From Candidatus Micrarchaeota archaeon (GTDB taxonomy: Archaea; Micrarchaeota; Micrarchaeia; Micrarchaeales; CABMGC01), in assembly GCA_021810455.1 (NCBI GenBank), contig JAJZIU010000001.1:4613-68612 (forward strand): DNA of 64,000 bases, given 5' to 3'. The notes under the pieces are model-generated. The model ran no database searches. It was not told where the DNA came from and saw only the letters and a list, made by a program, of their open reading frames with translations. Positions 9,074 to 19,438 of this stretch are shown piece after piece (within the stretch, counting starts at the first letter, position 1; every line of letters begins with the position of its first letter). A program made the position numbers and the translations under genes.

Positions 9074-9672
9074 TGTGTTTTTTCTTTGAGCATCGATCCG
9101 ACTCTTTCCGTTAGTCCAGATATGTGAGCTTCTTCCTGTATTTTCACAAGTGCTTCTAGCACAAGATCAATTCTTCCGCCTTTTACCCATATGAGACCGT
9201 TCATTCCAACTTCTATACTTGATTTTGTGGCATCACTTATCTGATTGATCATCGTGTTTCCTTTTCCAAGTATTCTTGGAATCTTTGAAGGCTTTATATA
9301 AACCACTTTTCCACCCCCAAGCCTTCTTGCTCGGGCGAGAACCGCCATGCCAGTCTTATCAACATCTTTGACTATTGCTTCTACAATGTCACCGTTTGCC
9401 ATTATATCCTCGGTATATTTTGATATTATGATGCCTTTGTAGGGCGCCTGCAGATTTACTGTGTACGTATTGAGCTTTGCTTCGTCTATAATCCCTATCA
9501 CTTTCTCCCCTGGACGTGGATACCAAAGACCCTCTAGAGAAATAAGTGTCCCTTTTTCATCATCAAACACGCCCATAACAGTAGAACAGGTTTTCCCGTC
9601 TTCTATAATGCTTCCTTCCATTCTTAGTGGTCTGTCCGAGATTATTTCTCCCGGAACAACAATTTTTCGCAT
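9070..9672 (-). CDS. rrp4: Exosome RNA-binding cap protein Rrp4
   Basis: IVVPGE, S1 and KH domains (PRILGKGNTM, VGMNGLIWV). Confidence 0.92.
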   Translation of the reverse strand: MRKIVVPGEIISDRPLRMEGSIIEDGKTCSTVMGVFDDEKGTLISLEGLWYPRPGEKVIGIIDEAKLNTYTVNLQAPYKGIIISKYTEDIMANGDIVEAIVKDVDKTGMAVLARARRLGGGKVVYIKPSKIPRILGKGNTMINQISDATKSSIEVGMNGLIWVKGGRIDLVLEALVKIQEEAHISGLTERVGSMLKEKTQ

Positions 9673-9676
9673 AATG

Positions 9677-10360
9677 TTACACCATTTCTTTGACTATTGC
9701 TTCGCCCTTCGTAAGATTGTTTATCTTTTCGAAAAATTCAATCTTTAAGCCCGCTGGAAACTCCAGCTTAACTTTCAGAGAGCCGTTAGAAAGCCATTCT
9801 TCAGACTTCAGACCGTACTGCTTAAGCATTCCATAACACCTGTTCGCATACTGCGCAGGTATTTCTGCTTCAAGCTTCTCTGTTGTGAACTTTAAGGGTA
9901 GTATCATATTTATCTTCTTGATTATTAGCTCTGTCTGTTCAGAAGCGCTCTTGAAAGGATCTATTTGGACCTTCGCTTCTGTCAATGCATTCTCTATTCT
10001 TTGTACAGTGTGAGGTGCGTTGGTCCTTGGATCTATGGAGTTCCTAGCTATTATTTCCACTATTTGCTTTCTTTTTTCAATTACAAGCTTGTTTCTTTGT
10101 TCAGTAGTTATAGGAACTTCACCATGTTTGAGTATGATTTCAGCTATTTTGACTATATCGGTTGTATTAAAAACTTTCTTTATTTTATCCTGACTGTGCC
10201 TTTCCCCCTTGTTTACATCTTTGAAGATTTCTTCGGATTGAAGAGCGGCCATAGGGTCCTTTCTTTTTCCAGTAATGTAATCGTATGCTAGATCTGAATC
10301 AACGAGTATCTCGAATGTTTCTCCACCATGAGAGTATTTTGCTATTACCGTCTTTGACAT
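9677..10360 (-). CDS. Ribosome maturation factor SBDS/Sdo1
   Basis: GETFEILV, IFKDVNKG, IDPRTNAPH; start ATG 10360. Confidence 0.95.
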   Translation of the reverse strand: MSKTVIAKYSHGGETFEILVDSDLAYDYITGKRKDPMAALQSEEIFKDVNKGERHSQDKIKKVFNTTDIVKIAEIILKHGEVPITTEQRNKLVIEKRKQIVEIIARNSIDPRTNAPHTVQRIENALTEAKVQIDPFKSASEQTELIIKKINMILPLKFTTEKLEAEIPAQYANRCYGMLKQYGLKSEEWLSNGSLKVKLEFPAGLKIEFFEKINNLTKGEAIVKEMV

Positions 10361-10385
10361 AAAAACCAACAGATGAGGGGCGCTG

Positions 10386-11081
10386 TCATAAGAATTTAAG
10401 CAGCTCCTCCTGCTCCATAAGATGGTAGTCTTCACCATCTCTTATGTAACCTATATCCAAATTTTGTACGCTGAGCTTTTCTTCACCTATTTTTCTCAGA
10501 ATCTTTACACCAAGCGTTATTGCTTCTTCTGTATCAAGATTATCTTTGTACTCTTTAACAAGAATGTCTGTTGCGGTTTTCTTTCCAACGCCTATGGCAT
10601 CAGCTTTGTATCCTAGGAATGAAGCACCTGGTTCTATCTCGAACAGTTTGGGGCCGTTATCCATTCCTCCAAGAAGGAGAGATACTGCATACGGCCTGAG
10701 ACCACCATACTGTGTAGCTTGCATCATGTAAGAAGAAATTTCGCTTGACAGTGACTCTATCGACTTCGTATCTTCATAAACAAGTTTGTGATTTTGAGCT
10801 CTTGATCTAGCTACATCAACTATGTGCAACCCATCGGCAACCATACCGCTATAGGTAGCAGCTATGTGAGCATCAACCCTAAACACCTTTTGTATTGTTG
10901 AAGGTATTGCGAGGGGTTCTGTGACGTTTTTGTGCGCTATAAACACTACACTGTCTCTTGTTATCATTCCTATTGAAGTAGCACCTTTTCTCACTGCTTC
11001 CTTTGCGTATTCTACCTGAAAGAGCCTTCCGTCAGGGTTAAACATTACGCCCCTATCATATGCTTGAACATTGGGATACAT
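10386..11081 (-). CDS. psmA: Proteasome subunit alpha
   Basis: AYDRGVMFNPDGRLFQVEYA. Confidence 0.97.
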   Translation of the reverse strand: MYPNVQAYDRGVMFNPDGRLFQVEYAKEAVRKGATSIGMITRDSVVFIAHKNVTEPLAIPSTIQKVFRVDAHIAATYSGMVADGLHIVDVARSRAQNHKLVYEDTKSIESLSSEISSYMMQATQYGGLRPYAVSLLLGGMDNGPKLFEIEPGASFLGYKADAIGVGKKTATDILVKEYKDNLDTEEAITLGVKILRKIGEEKLSVQNLDIGYIRDGEDYHLMEQEELLKFL

Positions 11082-11293
11082 ACATACACCATATTTGAGT
11101 AGTTAGATGGTAGTATATTGCAAGCAAAGTTTATAAAAGAGTGCCAATGGTTATTCAATTACGCGCCAAGAGCTTGCGAGTTACATGCCACGAGCCAATA
11201 TCATATTACTGGTTTAGATTTTTGTAGCTGGTACTCACATTGTGTGCCAAATAGTTATTAAGACTGAAGGGTTAATTCTATAGGTGCGGTTTT

Positions 11294-12082
11294 ATGGAAT
11301 CAACATCCACTAATAGTGCACCTAACTTTGTACATCCGTCAATACTAAAAGTCGTAGAACAAAAGAAAAGAATACGTGAAAAGCTGTCAGGAATAAAGCA
11401 TAAGGTAGGCGTATTCAGCGCAAAGGGAGGTGTTGGCAAGACAACAACTTCAGTTAACATAGCTTTTACCCTTAGCAGTATGGGTTATAAAGTTGGCTTG
11501 CTTGATGCTGACATAGATTGCCCAAACGTATGCATGTTCCTTGGAATAAATGATGTCATCGATATGGAATATCCGTTAGTGCCCATTGAAAAGGACGGTG
11601 TTAAGGTACTATCAACAGCGATGTATGTGGATGATAATAAAAAACCAATAATATGGAGAGGGCCTATGATAGGAAAGATGGTAAGCGAATTTCTCGAAAA
11701 CTCGGAGTGGGGGGAATTAGACTATTTAATAATAGACATGCCACCAAACACAAGCGATGCGCCATTGTCGATAATACAACTTTTGGATCTTGATGGATTT
11801 ATCTTGGTTACAACCCCACAGCACATATCGGCAGTTAACACAATAAGATCCGGAATGATGGCAAGAAGGCTTGGGGTTGCAGTTCTCGGAGTTATTGAGA
11901 ATATGTCTGGAGATAAGCCCGTTGGAGGAGAAGAAGTTTCCAAAAGCTTAGGATGTGAGCTGTTAGGTACTATTAAGACCAGGACGGAGATCGGAGAGTT
12001 TAGTGACAGAGGAGTGGTTCCGGTTTTAGAAGATCATAGTATAAGAGATAATTATGCAAATATTGTGAAGAGGTTATTCTGA
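11294..12082 (+). CDS. Mrp/NBP35/ApbC-family Fe-S carrier ATPase
   Basis: SAKGGVGKTT, DADIDCPN, IWRGP, DMPP, VIENMS. Confidence 0.92.
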   Translation: MESTSTNSAPNFVHPSILKVVEQKKRIREKLSGIKHKVGVFSAKGGVGKTTTSVNIAFTLSSMGYKVGLLDADIDCPNVCMFLGINDVIDMEYPLVPIEKDGVKVLSTAMYVDDNKKPIIWRGPMIGKMVSEFLENSEWGELDYLIIDMPPNTSDAPLSIIQLLDLDGFILVTTPQHISAVNTIRSGMMARRLGVAVLGVIENMSGDKPVGGEEVSKSLGCELLGTIKTRTEIGEFSDRGVVPVLEDHSIRDNYANIVKRLF

Positions 12083-13293
12083 TGGAAGGGCATTTTGACG
12101 AGCTATTCAAGGAATCTCACATTTTTGCAAATAGAGAAGTTTTATCTCCGCATTACATACCACAGCGCCTGCTTTTTAGAGATAAACAAATATCAGAGAT
12201 TGAAAAAGCGCTGACACCCTCACTAAGAGGAGAGCGTGGCAGGAACGTTTTCGTATACGGGAAGACAGGTACTGGAAAAACATCCTGTGTTAGATGGGTT
12301 ATAGAACGAGTTAAGGAACTGCCGATAATAAAGGCAAGAATCTCTTATGTGAACTGCAGAATCTACAACTCGAGATACAGAGTTCTCAATAAAATAGCAA
12401 GCGACCACATGCCGATTTATGCAAAACGTGGATATGGAGTCATTGACATTTATGAAAAGATGGTGAGCTGGATAGAGGAAGATGGTAAGATACTGATAGT
12501 CGTGCTTGACGAAGTGGACATAGTAAGGGATCTTGACGATCTTATTTACACTCTGACAAGAGCAAATAGTGATATTAAATCAGGAGGAATAACAATTATC
12601 GGAGTTTCTAATAAGGTTAATTTTAAGGAGATTCTTGATCCGAGAAGTTTGTCCACGCTTTATGAGAATGAATTGGTTTTTCCTCCTTACAATTCACCAG
12701 AACTTGCATCGATATTGAAAGAGAGAATAGGAGAAGGATTCAAGAAGGGAGTTATAGACGACGCCGCAGCAAATCTTGCTGCGGCTATAGCTGCCAAGGA
12801 AAGTGGCGATGCAAGACTTGCTTTGAAGATAATATCCAAGGCTGGAGAGATAGTAGAGGAAGGAAACAGAAATCACGTGAGTATTAATGATGTTGAAGAA
12901 GCCGCAAAGTATGCTGAAGAAGAAGTTGCTTATGAATTGATAAACACTCTTCCTGAAAACCAGAAGCTGGTGGTTTATGCTCTCGCAATAATGTCTTTGC
13001 AAGGCAGCAAATACAAGAGACTTGACGAGGGAAGCGATAGTTACATGTTGAGTGGAGAGATATATAACAGATATTGTTCTGTTGCAGAATCCCTACATAG
13101 AGAAGTGAAAAGTTCAAGACTGTACAGAAAGTTCATATCGGATTTGGAAATGCAGGGCATAGTTACTTCTTATGAATCTGGAAAGGGGATAAGAGGCCAT
13201 ACAAAACTGATAAAACTGATTTATAGACCAGACAAAGTAAAAGATATTATAGAGAAGGGGCTTGCGAAAGAAAGTGAAGCTGAGACAACTTAA
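12082..13293 (+). CDS. cdc6: Orc1/Cdc6 replication initiator
   Basis: YGKTGTGKT, VLDEVD, FPPYN, SGDARLAL, C-terminal winged helix (GKGIRGHT). Confidence 0.96.
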   Translation: MEGHFDELFKESHIFANREVLSPHYIPQRLLFRDKQISEIEKALTPSLRGERGRNVFVYGKTGTGKTSCVRWVIERVKELPIIKARISYVNCRIYNSRYRVLNKIASDHMPIYAKRGYGVIDIYEKMVSWIEEDGKILIVVLDEVDIVRDLDDLIYTLTRANSDIKSGGITIIGVSNKVNFKEILDPRSLSTLYENELVFPPYNSPELASILKERIGEGFKKGVIDDAAANLAAAIAAKESGDARLALKIISKAGEIVEEGNRNHVSINDVEEAAKYAEEEVAYELINTLPENQKLVVYALAIMSLQGSKYKRLDEGSDSYMLSGEIYNRYCSVAESLHREVKSSRLYRKFISDLEMQGIVTSYESGKGIRGHTKLIKLIYRPDKVKDIIEKGLAKESEAETT

Positions 13294-13302
13294 GGTGCAG
13301 AT

Positions 13303-14484
13303 ATGAAGATTGCTATAATATCAGATATGCACATAGGTTACGAACGATTTAGAAGTGATGCTTACGCACAGGCTTCTGAGGCGCTTGTCTCTGCTTCAAA
13401 AGTTTCAGACGCCATAATAATACCTGGGGATATTTTTGATTTTAGACATCCAAAACCAGACGTTATAGCAGAGGCGATGGGACTTTTTAGAGAATTACCT
13501 GTGGAAAATTTGAGTGCGCGTGTTGTTGAGTACGATGGTTTGAGGAAAACCTATACTAAACTACCGATCATAGCAATACCAGGAACCCATGAAAGACGGG
13601 CCGATGGAGATACGGATCCTGTTGACTTGCTAACCCTTGCAGGACTTGTTGTTAATGTTAACCAAGGGAGAGCAATAATAGAAAAGGATGGAGAAAGAGT
13701 TGCCATCTATGGGGTGGGAGGAGTTGCAGAAGAAAGATTCAGGGAGACTCTGAACAGACTTAACCCGACACCACTTGATGGCTTATTCAATATATTCATG
13801 TTTCATCAATCGGTTTATGAATTGTTACCTTTTAGCAATGATTTTGTCCGTATTGAAGAACTTCCGAAAGGCTTTGACCTATACGTTGATGGGCACATAC
13901 ACAATAAGGTAGAAATGAAATGTCATGGTAAAGATTTTTTAATACCTGGAAGCACTGTCCTAACACAACTTAAAGATGCAGAGCAAGAAGGTAAAGGTTT
14001 TTTTGTTTATGATACAGGAAGATTTACCCATTCGTTCGAAGAAATAAAATCAAGGAAGTTCTTTAATGTGAAATTAAAAATAGACGGTAAGGAACCTAAT
14101 GAGATAAACGAGACAATGGAAAACGAAATTGTTAGGATTAAAGATCTCGAAAAGAATCCCATAATAAGATTTGAACTTAGTGGGGATTTAAAGCAGGGAT
14201 TCAAGAATATAGACATCGAATCAAGGCCCCATAAAGATGATAAAGAGATTATAGTCGAGGTATCAAAATCCAGATTGAATAACGGAGCCCAGAAAGATGT
14301 TGAGGTACAGGAAGGAATTTCAAACAACATATCAATAAGGGATTTCGGCATGAGTGTATTTATTTCAAAACTCAAGGATAGTGGTTATGCGCTATCCGAT
14401 CCAATTTCCTTGTTTGATATACTTAGCTCTGAAGACAAAAAGGAGAACGTACTGCGCAAGGCTGTTGATTCAGTCTTAGACTAA
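13303..14484 (+). CDS. mre11: Mre11-family DNA repair nuclease
   Basis: SDMHIG, GDIFD, PGTHE, FHQ, GHIH, PGS phosphoesterase motifs. Confidence 0.85.
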   Translation: MKIAIISDMHIGYERFRSDAYAQASEALVSASKVSDAIIIPGDIFDFRHPKPDVIAEAMGLFRELPVENLSARVVEYDGLRKTYTKLPIIAIPGTHERRADGDTDPVDLLTLAGLVVNVNQGRAIIEKDGERVAIYGVGGVAEERFRETLNRLNPTPLDGLFNIFMFHQSVYELLPFSNDFVRIEELPKGFDLYVDGHIHNKVEMKCHGKDFLIPGSTVLTQLKDAEQEGKGFFVYDTGRFTHSFEEIKSRKFFNVKLKIDGKEPNEINETMENEIVRIKDLEKNPIIRFELSGDLKQGFKNIDIESRPHKDDKEIIVEVSKSRLNNGAQKDVEVQEGISNNISIRDFGMSVFISKLKDSGYALSDPISLFDILSSEDKKENVLRKAVDSVLD

Positions 14485-15864
14485 AGACACTATTTTTCTT
14501 TTATACATATGATACTTTAGGAGTGCCTCGAGTGATGAGGCAGCAGCTGTTGGCGAATCGTAAACAGGAAGACCAGCACTTTCCATCATTATCTTATGCA
14601 TTTGAGTGTAAGATGTCCCAATGCTTATAACTATCATTGGTTTTTTTATTGATTCCTTCATACGGATAAGCTGTGATGCGACTTTAGAATCTGCTCCAGG
14701 AGTTTGAAATAGCACTATAACTATAACCATATCTATGTTTTCATCCTCAGATATTGCAGCGAGGGCGCTGCCGTATCTTTTGTCGTCAGCATCTCCGGCG
14801 AGATCGAGAGGGTTCCTGAGATTTACAAGTGGTGGCATTGATTTCTTGAGTTTGTTTATAGTTTGATTTCCGAGTTTTGCAAGTTTCAAATTAGGAGATA
14901 AAGAAATGGCATCTGCAGTGAGTACACCGGCACCACCACCATTTGTAACTATTGCGATTCTGTTTCCGCTAGGTTCTGGTTCTGAGTCTAGGATCTTTGC
15001 GTAGTATAGAAGTTCACTTATATCGTTTGCTATAGTGAACCCGAATTGTCTGAACAATGCCTCATGAGTTTCGTAGTCTCCAGCCAGTGTTGCGGTGTGA
15101 GAATGTGCTGCTTCTATACCGGCAGAAGTTCGACCTGCCTTAAGCACTACTACCGGTTTTATTTTTGTCACTTTCTTTGCTATGTCTATAAATCCTTTTC
15201 CATCACTTATACCTTCGATATAAGCAACTATTACATTAGTGTCCTTATCGTTCATTAGATAGTTTAGTATGTCAATCTCGTTGACATGAGCAGCATTTCC
15301 ATAAGATATGAACTTTGAAAGACCAAACCCTTCTCCAGATATCATGTCTAGTATCGTGCTGCCTACAGCGCCGCTTTGTGCCATAAAACTAACGCCGCCT
15401 ATTTGAGGTCTGCTTAATTTGTATGTAGGTAGGAAAAGCGTATCTATCCTTGATCTGGGATCCATAACACCAAGGCAGTTTGGTCCAAGAGTTGGCATAT
15501 TATACTTTGTCGCTATTTCAGCGAGTTGATCTTGCAGTTCTTTGTTGCCAACTTCAGCAAATCCACCACTCACCACCACAGTAGATTTGACACCCGCTTT
15601 ACCACACTCTTCTAGTACCGATGGCACTATTTGAGCTGGAACTGCTATCACTGCCAGATCTATTGAATCTTTTATTTTTGAAATGCTGGAGTAAGATTGT
15701 AGTCCCATCACCGTGTCGGCATTTTTGTTTACGGGATATAATCTTCCAGAGTATCCTGCATTTATGTAGTTTTGTAGTATGATGTGACCAACTTTTTCAG
15801 GATCCCGTGATGCGCCTATTATGGCCACGCTTCTAGGGTTTAACATACGTGTAAGATCTTTCAT
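14476..15864 (-). CDS. acdA: ADP-forming acetate--CoA ligase alpha subunit
   Basis: PRSVAIIGAS, GPNCLG, QSGA, SHTATLAG, TNGGGAG, NPLDL. Confidence 0.93.
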   Translation of the reverse strand: MKDLTRMLNPRSVAIIGASRDPEKVGHIILQNYINAGYSGRLYPVNKNADTVMGLQSYSSISKIKDSIDLAVIAVPAQIVPSVLEECGKAGVKSTVVVSGGFAEVGNKELQDQLAEIATKYNMPTLGPNCLGVMDPRSRIDTLFLPTYKLSRPQIGGVSFMAQSGAVGSTILDMISGEGFGLSKFISYGNAAHVNEIDILNYLMNDKDTNVIVAYIEGISDGKGFIDIAKKVTKIKPVVVLKAGRTSAGIEAAHSHTATLAGDYETHEALFRQFGFTIANDISELLYYAKILDSEPEPSGNRIAIVTNGGGAGVLTADAISLSPNLKLAKLGNQTINKLKKSMPPLVNLRNPLDLAGDADDKRYGSALAAISEDENIDMVIVIVLFQTPGADSKVASQLIRMKESIKKPMIVISIGTSYTQMHKIMMESAGLPVYDSPTAAASSLEALLKYHMYKRKIVSLV

Positions 15865-16475
15865 TGTATCATCCTTATATCAACTACATCGTAGTCTTTT
15901 TCTCTTATTATTATAGGGTTGAGATCAAGTTCTGTGAGTTTTTTATCAGAGGCAAACATTTTGGAAGTTTTTATTAAAAGTTCGGTTATCATCTTTGTTG
16001 AAGAACCGTTGTGTGTTATGACGTTTTTTGATTTCAACTGGTCCACCATGCTCAATGCATCATAATCGCTTATAGGCACTATACGCAGTGCGACATCTTT
16101 GAAAGTTTCTACATATATCCCTCCAAGCCCGATCATAAGCACCTTTCCGAATTGCTTGTCTACGCGTGCCCCTATTATTATTTCTATTCCAGAATTCGCC
16201 ATTTTCTGTGCGATTATCTTGTATGGTTTTAATTGCTTGCCCTTAGTTTCAAGATAATCGAATGCCTTACTTATTTCATCGCTTTTCAAATTCAGTTTTA
16301 CCAATCCGGCCTTGGTCTTGTGAAGAGCCTTTTCGCTTAGCAGTTTTAGCACTATGGCATCCTTGCCTGCAAAGTCGAGCGCTTCTTTTCGTGTAGATAC
16401 GTACTTGCTTTCGATGCTCTTTATTCCGTATTTTTTTAACGTGGATTTTGCTTGCATATAGTCTACTAGGATCAA
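15861..16475 (-). CDS. acdB: ADP-forming acetate--CoA ligase beta subunit (ATP-grasp)
   Basis: HKTKAGLVKL, FGKVLMIGLGGIYVE, ELDLNP. Confidence 0.9.
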   Translation of the reverse strand: MILVDYMQAKSTLKKYGIKSIESKYVSTRKEALDFAGKDAIVLKLLSEKALHKTKAGLVKLNLKSDEISKAFDYLETKGKQLKPYKIIAQKMANSGIEIIIGARVDKQFGKVLMIGLGGIYVETFKDVALRIVPISDYDALSMVDQLKSKNVITHNGSSTKMITELLIKTSKMFASDKKLTELDLNPIIIREKDYDVVDIRMIQ

Positions 16476-17191
16476 AACACCTTGCTTAAAACATTGAAGT
16501 AATATAACAAAAATACCACCACTATAACTATTATCATTGCTACGATTATGCCGTTTTTTTTGTTATTGTGAGATGGAACGTAAGGTATCGTTTGTTGTGT
16601 GGGTGTCTGTGTGGAAGGTTGCGGCGTTTGTGTTGTTGCAGTTGGTTGTTGATTCGGTTGTTGTTGCTGCATAGGTATCGATTGTGGAGTCGCTGATGGA
16701 GGTTGTTGAATGTTAGGTTTTACAGCTTGCGGTTGTGTAGCCGTTTTAGAACTTAGAAAACCTTTTTCAGTGAGCATTATCTCTGCGCCACCATTTTTAA
16801 GTTCGTAAACTATGTATCCTTGTTTTGTCAGTTTATACAATCTCATCGCAAGATCTTTTGGACGCAGATTAAGTGTATTCTGGAGTTCTGCAGGAATGCG
16901 TTTTCCTCCAGAAAGTTGTTTTAGTATGCCTTCGTCAAGATCGTCGAATGCTTCGGAGGACTTTGCATCTGCCTCGGATATGAGAGACTTGCCAGAATCA
17001 GTTACTGTTATCGTGTTTGGACCAGGATAATATGCAGTGAATTCTATTAATCCTTTTTGCTTGAGAGAACCAGCTATGTTTGATGCATCGAATATGCTGG
17101 AATTGAGTGCGCTCCCCAACTTTTCAAGTTGTGTGTTTGTTGTTATTTTTGTTAGAGCGGCCAGATCCATGAACGTTATCTCTTCTGCCAT
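16472..17191 (-). CDS. Hypothetical protein: two putative winged-helix domains, Q/P/T linker, C-terminal TM helix
   Basis: Two LxxxG(L/Y)I...(V/L)TxxG repeats; low-complexity QPT tract; hydrophobic C-terminus. Confidence 0.7.
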   Translation of the reverse strand: MAEEITFMDLAALTKITTNTQLEKLGSALNSSIFDASNIAGSLKQKGLIEFTAYYPGPNTITVTDSGKSLISEADAKSSEAFDDLDEGILKQLSGGKRIPAELQNTLNLRPKDLAMRLYKLTKQGYIVYELKNGGAEIMLTEKGFLSSKTATQPQAVKPNIQQPPSATPQSIPMQQQQPNQQPTATTQTPQPSTQTPTQQTIPYVPSHNNKKNGIIVAMIIVIVVVFLLYYFNVLSKVF

Positions 17192-17289
17192 TTAATCGAA
17201 TTATACCACAACAAGAATAACTAAAAACATTTCAGGAGAATCTAGCGTAACAAATATAATTATTGATTTTGATTTATGAGAGTGTGACC

Positions 17290-18147
17290 ATGTTTAGAAA
17301 ATCACAAAGTGCAATGGAATACTTGATGACTTATGGATGGTCCATACTAATAATTGCCGTAGTTCTCGGAGCACTTTCGTTTCTCGGTGTTTTCAATCCC
17401 GTAACGTTTGCACCAAAGGCGGCACCTGGTAGCTGTCAGGTGATAAAAAACGTACAGCTGGGAGTAAGCAATCTTGAAGGAAGTTGCAACAATCAGGTGC
17501 CGCAGTACGTTGCGCAGTTCAACGGACAAACAGGCTACATAAACCTTGGATTAGATAAATTTGATTATCAGGACATTACAGTATGCACATGGTTTAAATC
17601 TGGAGCTTACACTAGTGCAGATCAGAGAGTTGTAACGTCCGGAAGTGAAAATACCCATCTGTGGATGTTATCCATTACGGCAGGAGGATGCCCGGATAGT
17701 AATACGGTTTGTATGGTTATGTCGAATACCAGCACAACAGCAGCGACAGTTATGTCAGATAATCCTGTTAATAATAACGAATGGTATTTTGCTTGCGGGG
17801 TATCGCAACCTGAATCGTTATACATAAACGGAGTTTTGCAGACTTCTTCGGTTACTGAAGGGTGGAGCTTTTTGTCTGGATCTAACATAGGATCGAAGGG
17901 AGGTACAAGTTATTTCTATAATGGGACATTGGCAAACGTGCAGATATACAATACCACTCTTACTTCATCTTCAGTAAAAACACTTTATCATGAAGGCATA
18001 GGAGGTGCACCAATAGATCTTCAGAATCTTGTAGGTTGGTATCCGTTAAATGGAAACGGTAACGATTACTCTGGAAATGGTAATGAGGGGACCCCTGCAA
18101 ACGTAGATTTCATAAGCAATTGGTATAATGGCTACACACAGCCATGA
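17290..18147 (+). CDS. Class III (type IV pilin-like) signal peptide protein with LamG/ConA-like domain
   Basis: RKS^QSAMEYLMTYGW with Glu at +5 and hydrophobic helix; ITVCTWFK, LYING, NVQIYN, LVGWYPLNG LamG motifs. Confidence 0.88.
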   Translation: MFRKSQSAMEYLMTYGWSILIIAVVLGALSFLGVFNPVTFAPKAAPGSCQVIKNVQLGVSNLEGSCNNQVPQYVAQFNGQTGYINLGLDKFDYQDITVCTWFKSGAYTSADQRVVTSGSENTHLWMLSITAGGCPDSNTVCMVMSNTSTTAATVMSDNPVNNNEWYFACGVSQPESLYINGVLQTSSVTEGWSFLSGSNIGSKGGTSYFYNGTLANVQIYNTTLTSSSVKTLYHEGIGGAPIDLQNLVGWYPLNGNGNDYSGNGNEGTPANVDFISNWYNGYTQP

Positions 18148-18193
18148 CGGGTCATGCTTTTATTTGTTTCTTCTTAAGTACCTATGTGATACT

Positions 18194-19438
18194 TTGGAAC
18201 TTAGATTTTTAGGAGGAGCTGGAGAGGTAGGAAGATCTGCGATTTTGTTAAAAGATGAAGTAAATATACTGATGGACTACGGAATAAAACTCGAGGGGAA
18301 GGCACAATTCCCTCTGTTGCCAAAGAAGGTCGATGCGCTTGTTTTAAGTCATGCACATTTAGATCACAGTGGATACGCACCTGCATTATATAAGAGAGGT
18401 ATGCCGATGGCTTTTGGCACCGAGCCTACATACAAATTAGCTGAACTCCTCATTGAAGATTCAATAAAGGTTAATATGAAAAAACATGAAAGGCTCGGTT
18501 TTGGGAAAAAGGATATGAGAACTTTCTTAAACAGCTACTCGATGAGATCTTATGGAGAAGGGATAGATTTTAGAGAGCACACAATTACACTACATAATGC
18601 AGGCCATATTGCTGGAAGTGCAATAACGCTTATTGAGAATAAGGAAGGTAGAAGAGTTGCTTACACAGGGGATTTTAAATTATCTAAACAGACCTTACAT
18701 CACGGAGCCGAGATTATAGATTGTGATGTACTAATAACTGAATCAACATATGCAACAAGAGAACATCCGGACAGAGACGCATTAATAGCACAGTTCATAA
18801 ACAACATAAAAGAGGTTACTGAAAACGGAGGGACGGCACTCATCCCAGTGTTTGCAGTTGGAAGAGCCCAGGAGGTTCTAGCAATACTAAACAAGCATGG
18901 ATTGATGGATCACACGTACATAGACGGCATGGCGCTAAAAGCCACCAACATAGTCATGTCAACACCAGAATTTTTGAATAATCCGAAACTGCTTTCAGAT
19001 GCAGTTTCAAAAGCTCAAAAAATCACAAAAGCCAATGACAGAGGGAGGGCACTCTATGGAGGCAGTATAATAGTGACAACGGCAGGAATGCTGAGTGGTG
19101 GACCCGTTCTAGATTATATAACTAAGTTGAATAACAAATCAATGATATTCTTAACGGGATATCAAGCAGAGAATACTAACGGAAGGAGGCTTTTAGAAAA
19201 CAAACCACTCATAATAGACGATAAAAGCATTTTCATAAAGACGCCTTTCGCTTTTTATGATCTTTCAGCGCACGCGGGACAGGAAGATTTACATGATTAT
19301 GTTAAAAGAGCAAATCCAGAAACAGTTGTTTGCGTTCACGGAGACGAAGAAAGTACAAGTGCGTTTAAGGAATGGCTTCAGGGAGAAGGATACGAAGCTT
19401 ATGCCCCGAAGATGGGAGAAGAAATTACAATAAAATAA
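18194..19438 (+). CDS. MBL-fold beta-CASP ribonuclease (aCPSF-like)
   Basis: LGGAGEVGRS, HAHLDH, AGHIAG, YTGD, ESTY, FAVGRAQE, SAHA, VHGD; TTG start at 18194. Confidence 0.92.
   Translation: MELRFLGGAGEVGRSAILLKDEVNILMDYGIKLEGKAQFPLLPKKVDALVLSHAHLDHSGYAPALYKRGMPMAFGTEPTYKLAELLIEDSIKVNMKKHERLGFGKKDMRTFLNSYSMRSYGEGIDFREHTITLHNAGHIAGSAITLIENKEGRRVAYTGDFKLSKQTLHHGAEIIDCDVLITESTYATREHPDRDALIAQFINNIKEVTENGGTALIPVFAVGRAQEVLAILNKHGLMDHTYIDGMALKATNIVMSTPEFLNNPKLLSDAVSKAQKITKANDRGRALYGGSIIVTTAGMLSGGPVLDYITKLNNKSMIFLTGYQAENTNGRRLLENKPLIIDDKSIFIKTPFAFYDLSAHAGQEDLHDYVKRANPETVVCVHGDEESTSAFKEWLQGEGYEAYAPKMGEEITIK

Noticed and set aside
11082..12081. Replication origin adjacent to cdc6
   Set aside because: No ORB-like GTGGAAA boxes or AT-rich unwinding tract noticed; cdc6 is directly preceded by mrp
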